Shown piece by piece: positions 25,300 to 38,866 of a stretch of 64,000 bases of DNA (positions within the stretch are counted from its first letter, which is position 1; every line of letters starts with the position of its first letter). The DNA is from Octopus vulgaris (taxonomy: Eukaryota). Location: the NCBI GenBank assembly GCA_951406725.2, contig OX597820.1, forward strand, positions 76,818,001 to 76,882,000. The letters run 5' to 3'. A model generated the notes under the pieces. It saw only the letters and a program-made list of their open reading frames with translations, did not search any database and had not been told where the DNA came from. Made by a program: the position numbers and the translations under genes.

Positions 25300-27580
25300 A
25301 CAAGTTGTTTAATAGTTGAACAGCTTCTTCTAAATATACAATGTCATAAGCATTAATGAAGGCATAGAAAGTAAACTAAACGCCAGATCGATGATCCCTT
25401 TTCCCAGCGTGTGTGTGTATAACGCGTGCAACGAAAGAACCATGCTCTCAATAAAATCCGCATTCTGTTGTAACACTCGCTCAACGTCTCTGTATATCAG
25501 AGAAATAAGGAAAATATCAGCAAAGTTGACTGACAAGCTAGACATATTCTACAAACTGAGATGATAAACAAAGATTCTTAGCGTTAAATCTGCATGAAAT
25601 TGTAGAGATGTGTTTATCACCGAGTTGTCCACTAGTTTCTTTCTATCTCCTGGCAGTTGTCTATCTCTTATCGCCATCTAAATATTCAGCTGCATTTCAT
25701 AGACACCGGCATAAAGAAAATGGAAAAGAGAGCTGGACTACAAGTAGCTAGTGCCGGTTATTCTTTATGTAGAGAAGCCTCGCCTACATCAGCCCATCGT
25801 AGTGTAGCGCTATCATGTATTGCGATGGCCGTGCAGCAGAAATATTCGAGCCTCAAACTTTCACATATATATATATAGGCTTCAAGGGAACTGTAGACAC
25901 AGATGTCACCAAAGTTAATTACTCACGCGCTTCTTTAGATATAAGCACATGCATTTATAAGCTTCTCCAAAAACTAATTAACAAATGATATAAACTAATA
26001 AGTTTTCTTTCTCCTTCCTAGCATTTCATATAATTGGTCCCCAACTCAAGTTGTAGGGTTTCTAATATATGATTTGCGAAAAGTATTTTTGTCAAAGAGT
26101 CCCTTTTCCGAAGCAATACACTCCTAAACCTTGGCTTCAAAGAACGACTCGTTTATAACCAACACACACAAACAAACTATACGATAACATACTTTGAAAT
26201 GTCCTGGTTTGCACTCCCTTTCTCGTAAGATATTAAAATCTGATGAAAGCAGTGCATTCATGTCTCTCATAGATATAGGTTTTCCGCTACTTAAACATTT
26301 ATAATAACGATTCTTATCATAAAACATTCAATCAGTGAATGGTGTAAATAAATTACATCCCTCTTCCAAACGCGAATCCATTGGTAAGATCTAAAGCCCT
26401 TTCAACTTTAGACCCACGATTTTCATGTAAAATGAAAGCCGTAACATGCAACATCCCGTCATTTATTCATGAATATGGAATCATCCGCATTATCAGCAAA
26501 TAGTGAGAGAAAATCAGTGTTATATCGTTTTGATTCGGGGTTTATTTTACCAGCGGATCTGCAAACATTTTCCATTGTTGAATCATTCGGACAAGTGGAG
26601 CGGCACGATTACCGAAGATTGCGTATGTATTCTGAATTAACGTCCAGAAAATATAACTTAATATGGGGAGTTCATGAGGCAATAAAGATATACATAAATG
26701 GAACCTAGAAGTAAATCTCGGGTCAACTCAGCGAGTATAAAATAAGAAACATATCAAAATACTAATTTCAGCCTCAAACACAAAATGTACATCTCAAATG
26801 TATTTTGACATGGTCAGCTACATAAAAGCAAGCAAAAATATATCGCTTCGTAATTCCAAACTGTTTTCGAGAGCCACTGGAATGTAGCAACACGTACGTC
26901 CCTTTCTTCCTCTATTCTTTACATACTATTTTACTTTTAATTCTTCTCAAAAACTTCCTTACCATTTATAACATCTTAATCTATCTTACTTCTTTTCTCG
27001 ATTCAATTTATTCCCGTCTTCTACATCTGTAAATTATTCCTTTATCGTATTAAAACATAAATGAAACCTTATCTACGCTATTACTAGTGCAGATTACATT
27101 AATATAATGCATTCATATAATGCCTCAATTAACGGCATCAATACTTTGTTTCCAGTTTTAATTAGTGGTTTTCTAAAACTGTTCCTACACAACCTTACAT
27201 ACCCACTAATCTGGATTAAAGCTCCATGGATTGACCCTTTTCTTTAAAAGCTAATTTTAAGATCTTTCATCCTTGCAGTTGAATGATGCAAGTGAGAATT
27301 CATATTAAAAAAAGTGAGTGAAATAAGTACTAGAAATATTATACAATTAATCAGTAAACTTAATCGACGTTGTTGTTTTTACAACATCTCCGTATTAAGT
27401 ACCGCTAGGGGACCACCGTCTGTTGCAAACATCCGGATAGCTCAGATCAGATGATGACTTCAAAGGGTTATTGTATCCTCCCGTGAAATAGATCAGTCAG
27501 TGATATTTGTTCTTGTCCCCAGTCAGTTCTCTACAGCATTGAAATCTTTCGGAGCGCTGTCATCCCGTCTCTAACTAAAC
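25300..27580 (-). mobile_element. AcademX-like DNA transposon relic (transposase part), heavily decayed
   Basis: Colinear degenerate motifs across frameshifts: AV.EALY.C, ADNADDSI..DG.LHVT, VGDQLYE, AGVYE..YLDGDKR, DFIESMVLSL and FINAYD..Y. Motif recall only. Confidence 0.45.
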
Positions 27581-27599
27581 CATAACAATAATAATAATA

Positions 27600-27808
27600 T
27601 TTTCTACTATAGACACCAGGCCTGCAATTTGGGAAAAGCAGATAGTCGATTTCATCGACTCCAGTGCGTAGCTGGTTATATTTCATCGATCCCGAAAGGA
27701 TGAAAGGCAAGGTCGACCTCGGGGGAATTTGAACTTAGAACGTAGCGACGGGCGAAATGCCACTAAGCATTTTGTCCAATGTGCTAACGATTCTGCCAGC
27801 TCGCCACC
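27600..27808 (-). mobile_element. Nin-type tRNA-derived SINE
   Basis: Minus strand GGTGGCGAGCTGGCAGAATCGTTAGCA..GTTCAAATTCC..GGTCGACCTTGCCTTTCATCCTTTCGGG (Nin/Deu-like core). Confidence 0.85.
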
Positions 27809-27852
27809 CTACCATAATAATAATAGTAATAATGGTGATGATGATGATGATG

Positions 27853-27892
<40 letters not shown>

Positions 27893-27897
<5 letters not shown>

Positions 27898-29350
27898 TAA
27901 AAAAAGAATATTATAGACGAGTTAGATCAATACTAAAAACAGAGCTCAATGCTAAAAACAAGATAATAGGTATTAACACTTTAGCTGTCCCAGTTATAAG
28001 TTACAGCTACAATATCCTTAACTGGACACGAAATGAACTGACCAAAATAGATAGGAAAACAAGAAAAATAATGACAGGATCTAGGATGCATCACCCAAAA
28101 TCTGACATAGAAAGACTATATAGAAGGTGGTAGAGGCCTTATACAACTGGAAAACTACTATAAAATAACCATCATAGGACTGCAAAAATATCTACTTCAG
28201 AAGGAAGGAAGACTGATACAGATAGCGGCAAAACACGAGCAAAACAAAAAACTGTTCTCAGTATTTAAGGAAGCTGACAAATACAAACAAGAAATCATAC
28301 CACCTTATAAATATGAAGAAGAAGAAGAAGAAGAAGAAGAAGAAGAAGAAGAAGAAGAAGAAGAAGAAGAAGAAGAAGAAGAAGAAGAAGAAGAAGAAGA
28401 AGAAGAAGAAAAAGATGAATAAACAACAAAAGCTATAAAACAAATGAAATCCAAACTAAAAATAGAACAGCAACGAACCATGATAAAACGATGGCAAGAA
28501 AAGCCCCTTCATGGTAAATACTGGACTAAACTAAACGCAAAAGAAATAGACAAAGAAAAATCCCAGCAATGGTTGAGAAGCTCAGGACTCAAAGCAGAAA
28601 CAGAGGGATTTTTAATTGCAGCACAAGACAAAGCCTACCCACCAGAAATAACCAAAAACATGTAATGAAAAGAAATATAACAAGTAACTGCAGAATATGT
28701 GGAGATGGACAAGAAACAATAAATCATATTATCTCTAGCTGCCCAGTCCTAGCTAAGAAGGAATATATTCACAGACATGACAGAGTTGGAACCTACATAC
28801 ATTGGAAGATATGCCAACAATATGGAATAACAACAGAAAAAAGATGGTATAGGCACACATCAGAAAAGTCACAGAAAACGAGAAAGCAACCATACTCTGG
28901 GATATGCCGATACACACAGATAGAGAAATTAAGGCCAACAGACCAGATATAGTTGTCAGAGATCATCAAGAAAAAAATGCTTTCTAATTGATGTATCAAT
29001 ACCGGCAGATGACAACGTGTCTCTAAAAGAAATGGAGAAACTCTCAAAATACAAAGACCTGGAAATAGAGGTAACCAGAATGTGGAATCTGAAAACAGAA
29101 ACAATTCCTATCATAGTAGGTGCATTAGGCATGATAAAAAAATATTCAGACAAATACACAACAAAAACACCAGGACTTACAAACACATATATCATACAGA
29201 AAATTGCACTACTAGGCACTGCACACATCCTACGCAGAACACTTTCCATACAATAACCATCGGAGCATCACAACAAATCACAGCACATACCCAAGGCACA
29301 CAGAGCTGCGCTCGGTAGTGAAGTGAAAGCACGCTATAAAAATAAAACTA

Positions 29351-29448
<98 letters not shown>

Positions 29449-29452
29449 TAAT
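27893..29452 (+). mobile_element. Dong/R4-type LINE, relatively well preserved 3' part
   Basis: KEYYRRVRSILKTELNAKN, WQEKPLHGKY, CRICGDGQETINHIISSC..RHD, RPDIVV..LIDVSIP and KYKDL..PIIVGALG. (AAT)n lies on both sides and (GAA)32 lies inside. Confidence 0.95.
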
Positions 29453-29529
29453 AAACTGTTGCTGCTCATGTATTTTAATTAAAAAAAAAAAATGAACGAA
29501 CTATTGAGTTTGGTTTAATGGCCTACCAA

Positions 29530-29611
29530 TGTATACTATGAGGTTCCTTGCCCTAGGAGTCGGGATGGCACTCGGCAAGAAATGGAAGCAAATTTGAAAG
29601 AAGAAAGAGAA

Positions 29612-29707
<96 letters not shown>

Positions 29708-29746
29708 AAGAAGAAGAAGAAGAAGAAGGAGAAGAAGAAGAGGAAG
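29530..29746 (+). repeat. Short retroposon 3' end followed by (AAT)n and (GAA)n
   Basis: About 80 bp of unique sequence runs into AAT and then GAA tracts. Confidence 0.6.
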
Positions 29747-30415
29747 AAATAATTTTCTGAGATATACATGAGACGATACATAGTTCGGGCAATATATTCT
29801 TAGACTAAATCGGTGAATTTATTCTATAATTATACAAGTTAAATGATGTGCAATAAAATTTCAATGTTTATACAGACAAAATTCAAAAGGTGACATCTAA
29901 ATGATCACAAATTTAATATTTTTTCAGGAAATATAATAGTGTTACTTGGAGTGAAAAGGCAGGTAAATTTTTGCGACAAATTTGATTTGTCAAATTTTGA
30001 GATTAAATAATGCGGTTAAACGAACCTTGTATGCTAGATAAATAAACATTGATTTATATTAGAGAGCAAACAAAATTCCTCTTTTGTGGATGTTTATAAC
30101 GAGTAATATTTTCGAAGGCATATATTTTATAAATAAATTTATTCATTTTAATATCAAACTGCAACCAACAGAGAATCAATAATTATTTATAGCTGGTTCA
30201 TTATGAATGAACTTACTGATTGGTAACATATACAATTTTATACTTGCAAATATAGGATACTATATTCTATATTGTCATCATAAATTGATTTGTATGCATT
30301 CCGAGTTAACACTATGCTTGCGTAGCATACTGAAATATATTTCACAACGTTTTTGTTATTGACTGTGTGTATATTTACCCTTGCTTGTAGCACTTTCACT
30401 TTTTCACATTTAATG

Positions 30416-30716
30416 TACGAGGGTGAGTCAAAAAGTAATGCCATTTTGTTTAGGACAGTTATAATTACCAACACAGGAATATGTATAATACATCAAAATG
30501 AAGCTGGTCCTCTGTGGATCACATCCCTTCTTCTCAAAATAGTCACCGTTTCTCTCAGTAGCAATGTTCCACCTTCTAATGAGAGCATGTATCCCTGCCC
30601 TGTAAAATTCAGTTGACTGTTCTTTGAGCCACTTTTTCACTACAGTTTTCACTTCCTCGTCACTGGACTATCATATCTTCGGCCCCATGAAAAAGGGTTT
30701 GAAAGGCAAACATTAT
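30416..30716 (-). mobile_element. Mariner 3' end with TIR and an inverted ~50-bp segment
   Basis: Minus strand reads SDEEVKTVVKKWLKEQSTEFYRAGIHALIRRWNIATERNGDYFEK with TIR tacgagggtgagtcaaaaagt. [17 protein letters not shown] is on the plus strand at 30666-30716. Confidence 0.9.
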
Positions 30717-31455
30717 ACATACGCATATACATGCATATACATACATATACTTACATATATACATGCATATACATACATATACTTACGTATATACATGCAT
30801 ATACAAACATATACATACATATACTTACATATATACATGCATATACATACATATACTTACGTATATACATGCATATACATACATATACTTACATATATAC
30901 ATGCATATACATACATATATATACTTACATATATACATGCTTATACATACATACACATACTTACATATATACATGCATATACATACATATACTTACGTAT
31001 ATACACGCATATACATACATATACTTACATATATACATGCATATACATACATACATATACTTACATATATACATGCTTATACATACATACACATACTTAC
31101 ATATATACATGCATATACATACATATACTTACGTATATACACGCATATACATACATATACTTACATATATACATGCATATACATACATACATATACTTAC
31201 ATATATACATGCTTATACATACATACACATACTTACATATATACATGCATATACATACATATACTTACATATATACACGCATATACATACATATACTTAC
31301 ATATATACATGCATATACATACATACGTATACTTACATATATACATGCTTAAAACATACATACACATACTTACATATATACATGCATATACATACATATA
31401 CTTACATATATACATGCATATACAGACATATACTTACATATATACATTCATATAC
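30717..31455 (+). repeat. 32/36-bp minisatellite with a 136-bp higher-order repeat
   Basis: Unit catatacttacatatatacatgcatatacata. The gctt variant recurs at 30939, 31075, 31211 and 31347. Confidence 0.9.
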
Positions 31456-31479
31456 AGACAGACAGACAGAGATAGATAT

Positions 31480-31524
<45 letters not shown>

Positions 31525-32294
31525 AGATAATATAATCATGGCTTTCACCTACTTAGCGCATCATGCCGGTTCCTGACTAGCATAATATTCTAATCGTATA
31601 TATATATATACATATATATCTGTATGTGTGCGCGTGTGTGCGCGCGCCTTTGTGAGCGTTGGTATTGATGACCTGTTTTATTTGAACGAGTTCTTCACAT
31701 GATGATTTTCTTTAGGCGACACTATATCTGCTGAGAAACATGTACGAAGTAAAGGATCTCATTTAAATTCATCCATACATGCACTTATGCATGCTTTCAG
31801 ATCTTCCGTCAACCGATCCTTAATCGCTTTGCTGATCATACTGGAAGACGACATAGAGACCAACGACCCACTGTTTTTGCATAATTATATATTTTGCTAC
31901 ACGTTTCATATTATCGTGCTCATCCCTGCTTCGATTGTGTATTAATGTGCTATTTATACATGCACAAGTAAATGTAACAATGAAATCGCAAGATCAAGTG
32001 CGCACTGATTTAAATCGATATATACATACATACATACATACACACATACACACATGCATACCTACTTACCTACCTTACATACCTACCAATCTACCTACCC
32101 ATCTATCAACATATCTACTTGCCAACCTACCAGGTTACCTACCACCCTGCATCCTTATCTACTTACATACACACATGCATAGGTATAGACATACATACAT
32201 ATACAAAGACATATACATATATAAATATATGCCTACATACATACATACATACATACATACATACAGACAGACAGACAGACAGACAGACAGGCAT

Positions 32295-32414
<120 letters not shown>

Positions 32415-32464
32415 CGTGCATACATATATACATACATAGTTTGAGAGAACGAAAGAGAGAGGTT

Positions 32465-32635
32465 ATTTTCTACTCTAGGTACAAGGACCAAAATTTTTGG
32501 GAAGGTTGTCGGTCAATTAGATCGACCCCAGTTCGTAGATGTTACTTAATTTATCGACCCCAAAAGGGTAAAAGGTGAAGGCGGAATTTGAACACAGAAC
32601 GTAAAGACAGACCACATACCGCAAAGGATATCGCC
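32465..32635 (-). mobile_element. Nin-type SINE, partial
   Basis: ttctactctaggtacaagg..atcgaccccag..tacttaatttatcgacccc..gcggaatttgaacacagaacgtaa. Confidence 0.75.
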
Positions 32636-33251
32636 TCGAACGGGAGAGAGAGACTGAGATTGAATGAATGATAGACGCATACATACAAGTATATAAATGC
32701 ACACACAAACATATTTAAACATATATATTCATATATACAGATTTAAACATATATATTTATATCATTTTACATATATACATAGACATATATGTGTGTGTGA
32801 ATGTGTGCCTGTGTGTGTTTGTGTCTGTATGTGTGTGTGCGTGTGTGTGCGTGTGTGTGTGCGTGCGTGCGTGTGTGCGTGTGTACGTGTGTGCGTGCGT
32901 GTGTGCGTGTGCTCGTGAGCGTGTGTGTCAGTGTGTGTGTGTGACATATTACACAAATTCAAATTTAAAAATGCAGATTTAAAGATGTAGTTGGATTTGC
33001 AACGCACGCCAAAATGCCTACATGTAAATTTTGGAGAAAGTACCATCAATGGCAATCTATGAACAAAATAAAAAATCTGAAGAACTCCATTAGCGGCGAC
33101 TAGTAATGTCATTCTCTCATTTTCCATCTAGTGACGAGTAAGATCAAACGAACACACGAAACAGGATTTTTTAGATATATTCACATTTTAGCAACCTCAC
33201 ACGGATTAGCAGTTAAATAATTTGCATGTTTCTAACATAGATTTTTGTGAA

Positions 33252-34808
33252 ACTAAGAGGGGGTATCAAAAATTTCGTAGAGTAGTTCTGTAGCGCGCCA
33301 ACACATGGCAGCACAATGTTGCGTGCGCAGTGAGAACTAACAGTAGCCTTCGTGAGGCAGTGTTCCGTATGACATCGATGTGTTTAGTTCGCAAATTGTG
33401 AAATTTGTGTTTTTGTGATCAGGCGTATGCTGTAGTCTGCCATTGTGCCTTGGACTGGAAGAACCAAATTGATATTTTGTGTTAAACTTGGGAAGTCTGC
33501 TACAGAGGCATTGATCATGCTTTGGCAAGCTGACGGTGACAAGACAATGGGTCGTACGCAGTGTTTCGAATGGCACGTGTGCTTTCTCGAAGACCTGCCA
33601 AGAGTGTCGCCCCACCCCCAGAAAAGAGGAGAAAATTCATCAGCTTGTGTGTGAGGATAGTTGAATGACAATCAATGAATTGCCGATTTTCTTGGTCTAT
33701 CATAAGTGTCAGTGCAGGAAATGCTCACGTCTGAAATGAACATACTGCGTATCTCTGCCAAGTTTGTGCACTGCCTGCTGCCCACTGAAATAAAGAACAA
33801 TGCGTCGAGCGTTATAAGGCGGCGGGCTGGCAGAAACGTTAGCACGCCGGGCGAAATGCGTAGCAGTATTTCGTCTGCCGTTACGTTCTGTGTTCAAATT
33901 CCGCCGAGGTCGACTTTGCCTTTCATCCGTTTGGGGTCGATAAATTAAGTACCAGTTACGCACTGGTAATCGACTTAATCCGTTTGTCTGTCCTTGTTTG
34001 TCCTCTCTATGTTTAGCCCCTTGAGGGTAGTAAAGAAATAGATATTTCATCTACCGTTACATTCTAAGTTCAAATTCCGCCGACGTCGACTTCGCCTTTC
34101 ATCCTTTCGGGGTCGATTAAATAAATACCAGTAAATCACAGGGGTCGATATAATCGAGTTAAATCCTTTGTCTCCTCTATGTTTAGCCCCTTGTGGGCAA
34201 TAAAGAAATAAAAACAACGCGCCGAAATCTGCCCTGATTTCCGTCAGAGTGCCGCTGATGACCCATACTTCATGTCGAGGATCAGTACCATTGAGGATAG
34301 TTAGGTCTAATCTGAGACGATTCAGAACTATCAAAATGGAAGGACCCTGCATCTTCACGACCGAAGAAGGCATGAAAAGCCGCAGATCATTCTTGAGCAT
34401 GCTCATCGTTGTTATCTATATTGTGCATGGAGAACGCGTCCCTGAGGGCCAGACCGTCAATCGAGAGTTCTGTTGCGATGTTTTCTAGTGTTTGAGGAAA
34501 TTCGGCAAAACGACCGAATGTCAACTGTTGCCGGAATACAACTGTAACCAGAACTCAGCTGTAGTCGGCGCTCAAATGTAGCCGTGTTTAACCCCGTTGT
34601 CGAGATCCAGATCGAACTGCAGAATGTGCCCGACTCGCTTACGGAAAACGACTTCCATCCCGGGCTCCATAAGTCGCAGGAACGCTGGGAATGGTGTATT
34701 GCGAAGCAAAGTGACTATTTCGAAGGAGAAGCTATAAAAATTTGGTAAATAATTTTTATTTTTATTAAACATAACTAGTCCTGGAACGTTTTCATATATG
34801 TTACTGTA
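33252..34808 (+). mobile_element. Mariner element, internally deleted, with a nested SINE
   Basis: TIR-like gagggggtatcaaaaa, then FCVKLGKSATEA..MGRTQCFEWH (HTH), ISAKFV..LL, VPEGQTVNREF and ERWEWCIAKQSDYFEG. Confidence 0.85.
33818..34210 (+). mobile_element. Nin-type SINE, one full copy plus a tandem partial copy
   Basis: ggcggcgggctggcagaaacgttagcacgccgggcg..gttcaaattccgccgaggtcgactttgcctttcatcc... Its 3' two-thirds is repeated at 34041-34210. Confidence 0.9.
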
Positions 34809-34829
34809 ACACAGTATCAACAAAAATTA

Positions 34830-35230
34830 CATGGTTTGTGTTGAGTGATAAGGTTTGCAATATTTTGGTAAAGTATTTGCTTTATTTGACAAGTAACAGC
34901 AAAAATGGCCTAGTATTCAAAGTAGAGGTCATAGTATTGTACCATCTGAATACCCTTTCCTGTCAGTTCTATGATCTCAGGCCTTTACCAGTTTTTGTCC
35001 TCCGAGACGAAGAACCCCTTCACTGAATTTTCCCTTCCTATGTGTGGAGAATTGTCTCTAAACGTTGTTACGATGCTATTAACGCCCACATCAACTGGTT
35101 TCTGCTTAGTCATCCGCCAATGAACTACGTCTTAAATTCTTCCATCCTTGCAGCAAGGAATATAACTTAGGATTTTTTCTGAACATATCATCCCCAGCAG
35201 GATTAGACAGGGTGCATATTGATCTGAAAG
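34830..35230 (-). mobile_element. Mariner transposase C-terminal relic
   Basis: SVKGFFVSEDKNW*RPEIIELT..QMVQYYDLYFEY, same family as 8140-8620. Confidence 0.6.
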
Positions 35231-36523
35231 ATTTTATGCATGCATACATATATACATACATGCATGCATAAATGCATACATACATACAGGTGAATATGTA
35301 TACACACGCACACAAATAAAAACATATGCCTGTTATTTTTATCCTTTCGTTGTTTGCTTTGTTGCACTACAGCAGCCAAGCTGGAGTACCGCCTGGAATG
35401 GTTTTAGTTCGAACGAACCGACAACAGTAATTATTAGCGTGTCGGAGGTAGGACACTTCCGGTCTGTATCTGGGGCAGATGTTGTTTTGTCTTCTGATCG
35501 GCCGCTCGTGTCTTTTTGCATCCGTCCGTGTCTCAGAAGACGCCTGTCATCCATGAATTTCTTTTAGTTTATTGGTTGCTCTTTGTTACTTTGTGTCTGG
35601 TTTGTATCAGTTAGCCCATTTTGCTGCTCCTGTGGTGGTAAGCCGACAAAGATTTTTAAGTTCATTTCAGTATATTATGTTGTCCTATGTTAACCTGAGA
35701 TATATACATATAATAAAATGTAGATGATTGCATATCCATGGGTGAAAGTGCTTCTGTTTATTCAACGTAATATTTTATTTATTACCTATGTGCATTTTAT
35801 AATGTTCAAGCATTAAAATTCGGAATGTTCAACATTTTCCCTCCTTTAGTACTTTTCGTATGTGTATATCAGTTATGTAGAGATGTTTGTTACAAGACGT
35901 TTCTATATCAGTAAGCCATATGAGTAAGAATTTATAAGAATGCCCCATAAAATACCAGTATCAGTAAAATTTATCAGAATACCTCAGAAAAATGGCGGTT
36001 AATTTATTTATGAAACATGTCAAATTACATTCTGTTTTGTGTTATGTAAATATCAAAGAGTGGTGTCGTGTTTGGACCTGTCAGAATATTTTATTATTAT
36101 CAGAATATCATCATATCAGAAAACAAAGGGGAGAGAACTCTGTTCAAATAATTTTGTATATAAGTTTGTCTTACTTTTTGTTTTATTCTTATTTTTTTTT
36201 GTAGTCTATCGTACACATGCCGCACACCAATATGTACACGTGGTGCAAAAACATATCGTAACGCATGAATAGAATCTAAATGGCTCTAAAATTCAAACCA
36301 TTGCTCATCTTTATTGTCATAGTGGTGTTAATGACCCCGCCCGACTAGATTTGCGCACGAAGCAGCAACGCTTAATCTATCGGTATCTTTTGCGGGATTG
36401 CAAGGCTACGGAGAGATTATCACGCCAAAACCGCTGGACAACCACTGCTGAAGGCCAAACAGATATAACAGTAAACGCACACACTTGTGCATGCATACAC
36501 ACGCACAACAGGCACACATATAG

Positions 36524-36567
<44 letters not shown>

Positions 36568-36569
<2 letters not shown>

Positions 36570-36775
36570 TCCAAACATGAACAAAGAGAAAACACAACAA
36601 CGCGAGGACGTGGCACATGTATAGTGTTATTGGACGCTAAGGAAAGAAAAGGAAGAAGGAGGATTTAGCGTTTCGAGCGGATAATTCGTCTAGAAAAAGG
36701 AAAGGTTCAAGGAAGGGAAGACGAAGAATGAAAATCGCCAACGATACACATGCGGTCACATAGTGAAATGTATAT
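36568..36775 (-). repeat. Unclassified interspersed repeat in (TA)n, possibly a PLE terminus
   Basis: Unique segment bounded by TA tracts. The minus strand has ..gacgaattatccgctcGAAACGct.., a hammerhead-like remnant. Confidence 0.4.
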
Positions 36776-37593
36776 ATCTATATATACATACATATATATA
36801 CATATATATATATATGTGTGTATGTGTGTGTGTGTGTGTGTGGAATTATGTATAAGTACATATATATAGACATATACATACACACACACAGATGCAAATA
36901 TACATGCATGTGGGTTTGTTTTTCAAGTTGCGTGTGTTCGATCGTCGTGCGTACCTGATTCTTTGTTTTCGAGATGCATCTGCTTGTATTGCATATCACC
37001 GAAACTGCGACCAATTAACGCAAATTGCGCCTAATTAAAAGTAAAAATTGATCCTTTGTATTCTCTCTTGAAATTAATATGAATACGTTTCATGAATTGT
37101 CAAATATATTATATTTCCAAATAGAAGACATTTCATAAGAGAGAACTTTATTAATATTCGTAATAATTATTCTCTGACAGTGTCAATTTATTGTTGTGAT
37201 ATTCCACTAATTACCACATTCTTCTTATTAATTACATCTAATAAACTCTTACGATTTGGCATTAAATGGTGTGTGCTTCAGTGTATATATGTATAAATGT
37301 ATATGTGTTTGTAAATTCGTTCCTTTTATTGTTTATTTTTACAATGTTTTGCTTAGAATTTTTTGCTTTCAAGCATCTTGTTTGAGAGATGATCGTTTCT
37401 TGAGCAGATGCAATGTTCCTTTGAATGTCGGCTGAAAAATACTTGTCTGCAGAGATATGAACGTTTTCAATTACGCTAAACGAAACTGCAGTTTGACTTT
37501 TAGTGGGTGTTATGTATGAATTCATATACATACCTACGTATGTAAGCATATATGTCCCTCTCTATGTGTATATGTGACTGGGCAAATATACAT

Positions 37594-37630
<37 letters not shown>

Positions 37631-37640
37631 AACATACATG

Positions 37641-37686
<46 letters not shown>

Positions 37687-38371
37687 CATACATATATATG
37701 TATGCATATATATTTATAAACATGTATGCATATACTTACAGATATATATCCGTTGTGTAAAACGAACATAAATTATGTTTTCTGTACCACATGATGTCAA
37801 CACGCCGTGATGGTGCTGTTCTAATTTACTGCTGAAGTTACCAGGAGATAACGCCATATACACTTACTGTAATTAAAATCGCAATATATATCGTACATAG
37901 ACGCATATCGTCTTAGCGGCGTCCGGAACTAACACTAAATGCATTTCAGCATTATTGGGCTCCGTCAGTAGCATGTACTCACAGCCAATCGCATGCTAAG
38001 AAGAAAGCTATCGTTACTGATAAACACAGGCACAAAGAAGTGAGAAGAATGAGAAAGAGAGAAGGTGAGAGAGAGAAAGTGGATTGCTTTGTTTCAACCC
38101 AGGAATAGGTGCCCGGACGGTTTATAATCACACGTATAGCATTTTTTTTCCATATTCGGTAACTTGGACAGGTACTTGTGGAGGCTGCAGCTGATGGTAT
38201 GTTCTGGAATTGAATGGGTTAATCTGTCGTGAAACTTTCCATTGCGGTATTTATATATTTTATATTCTATATAATGAACAAGAGACTGAATAATTCCCAA
38301 GGTGCCTATGACATTCACCATAGACAAACATATTGCACATCGTTAATCACATACGGACACAAGTGTATATG

Positions 38372-38445
<74 letters not shown>

Positions 38446-38479
38446 TAGCCATATATGCATATGTATGTATGGAACCATA

Positions 38480-38765
38480 ATTGGCTTTCCTGCTGATCCG
38501 ATGAACGGAACAGGCTTCTCGGGAAATTAACGTTGAAGTGACAGCAATGTACAGACGCGTGTATTCTCAACGTAGACTTCGGAGGGAATCAGCTTGACAA
38601 GACTGGTTCATTGAACTACAGCTAATACTCATTTTTGCCTGTCATGTGAACTGAAGCAATCTGAAAAAAAATGCTTTTGCACAAGGAAAGAGCACGCCGT
38701 CGGGTATCGAACACACCTTGTCACAATCGTGAGTAAAATGTCCAACCAGTACGCCGCGCGTCTAC
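38480..38765 (-). mobile_element. Family A-related SINE with an alternative tail, degraded
   Basis: actcattttt..gtgaactgaagcaa..gcacaagga..gggtatcgaac.. resembles the 382-716 core and head. The tail resembles 19248-19380. Confidence 0.7.
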
Positions 38766-38823
38766 ACACACACATATGTTTAGGTACACACACACACACA
38801 AACACACACACATACACACACAT

Positions 38824-38866
<43 letters not shown>

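Noticed and set aside
30717-31455. CRISPR-like periodicity of 32-36 bp
   Set aside because: There are no unique spacers or cas genes, and the context is eukaryotic.
30624-31491. Three overlapping ORFs of 242-250 aa
   Set aside because: They are translations of the stop-free CATA/TA minisatellite. Only the DYHIFGPMKK segment is TE coding.
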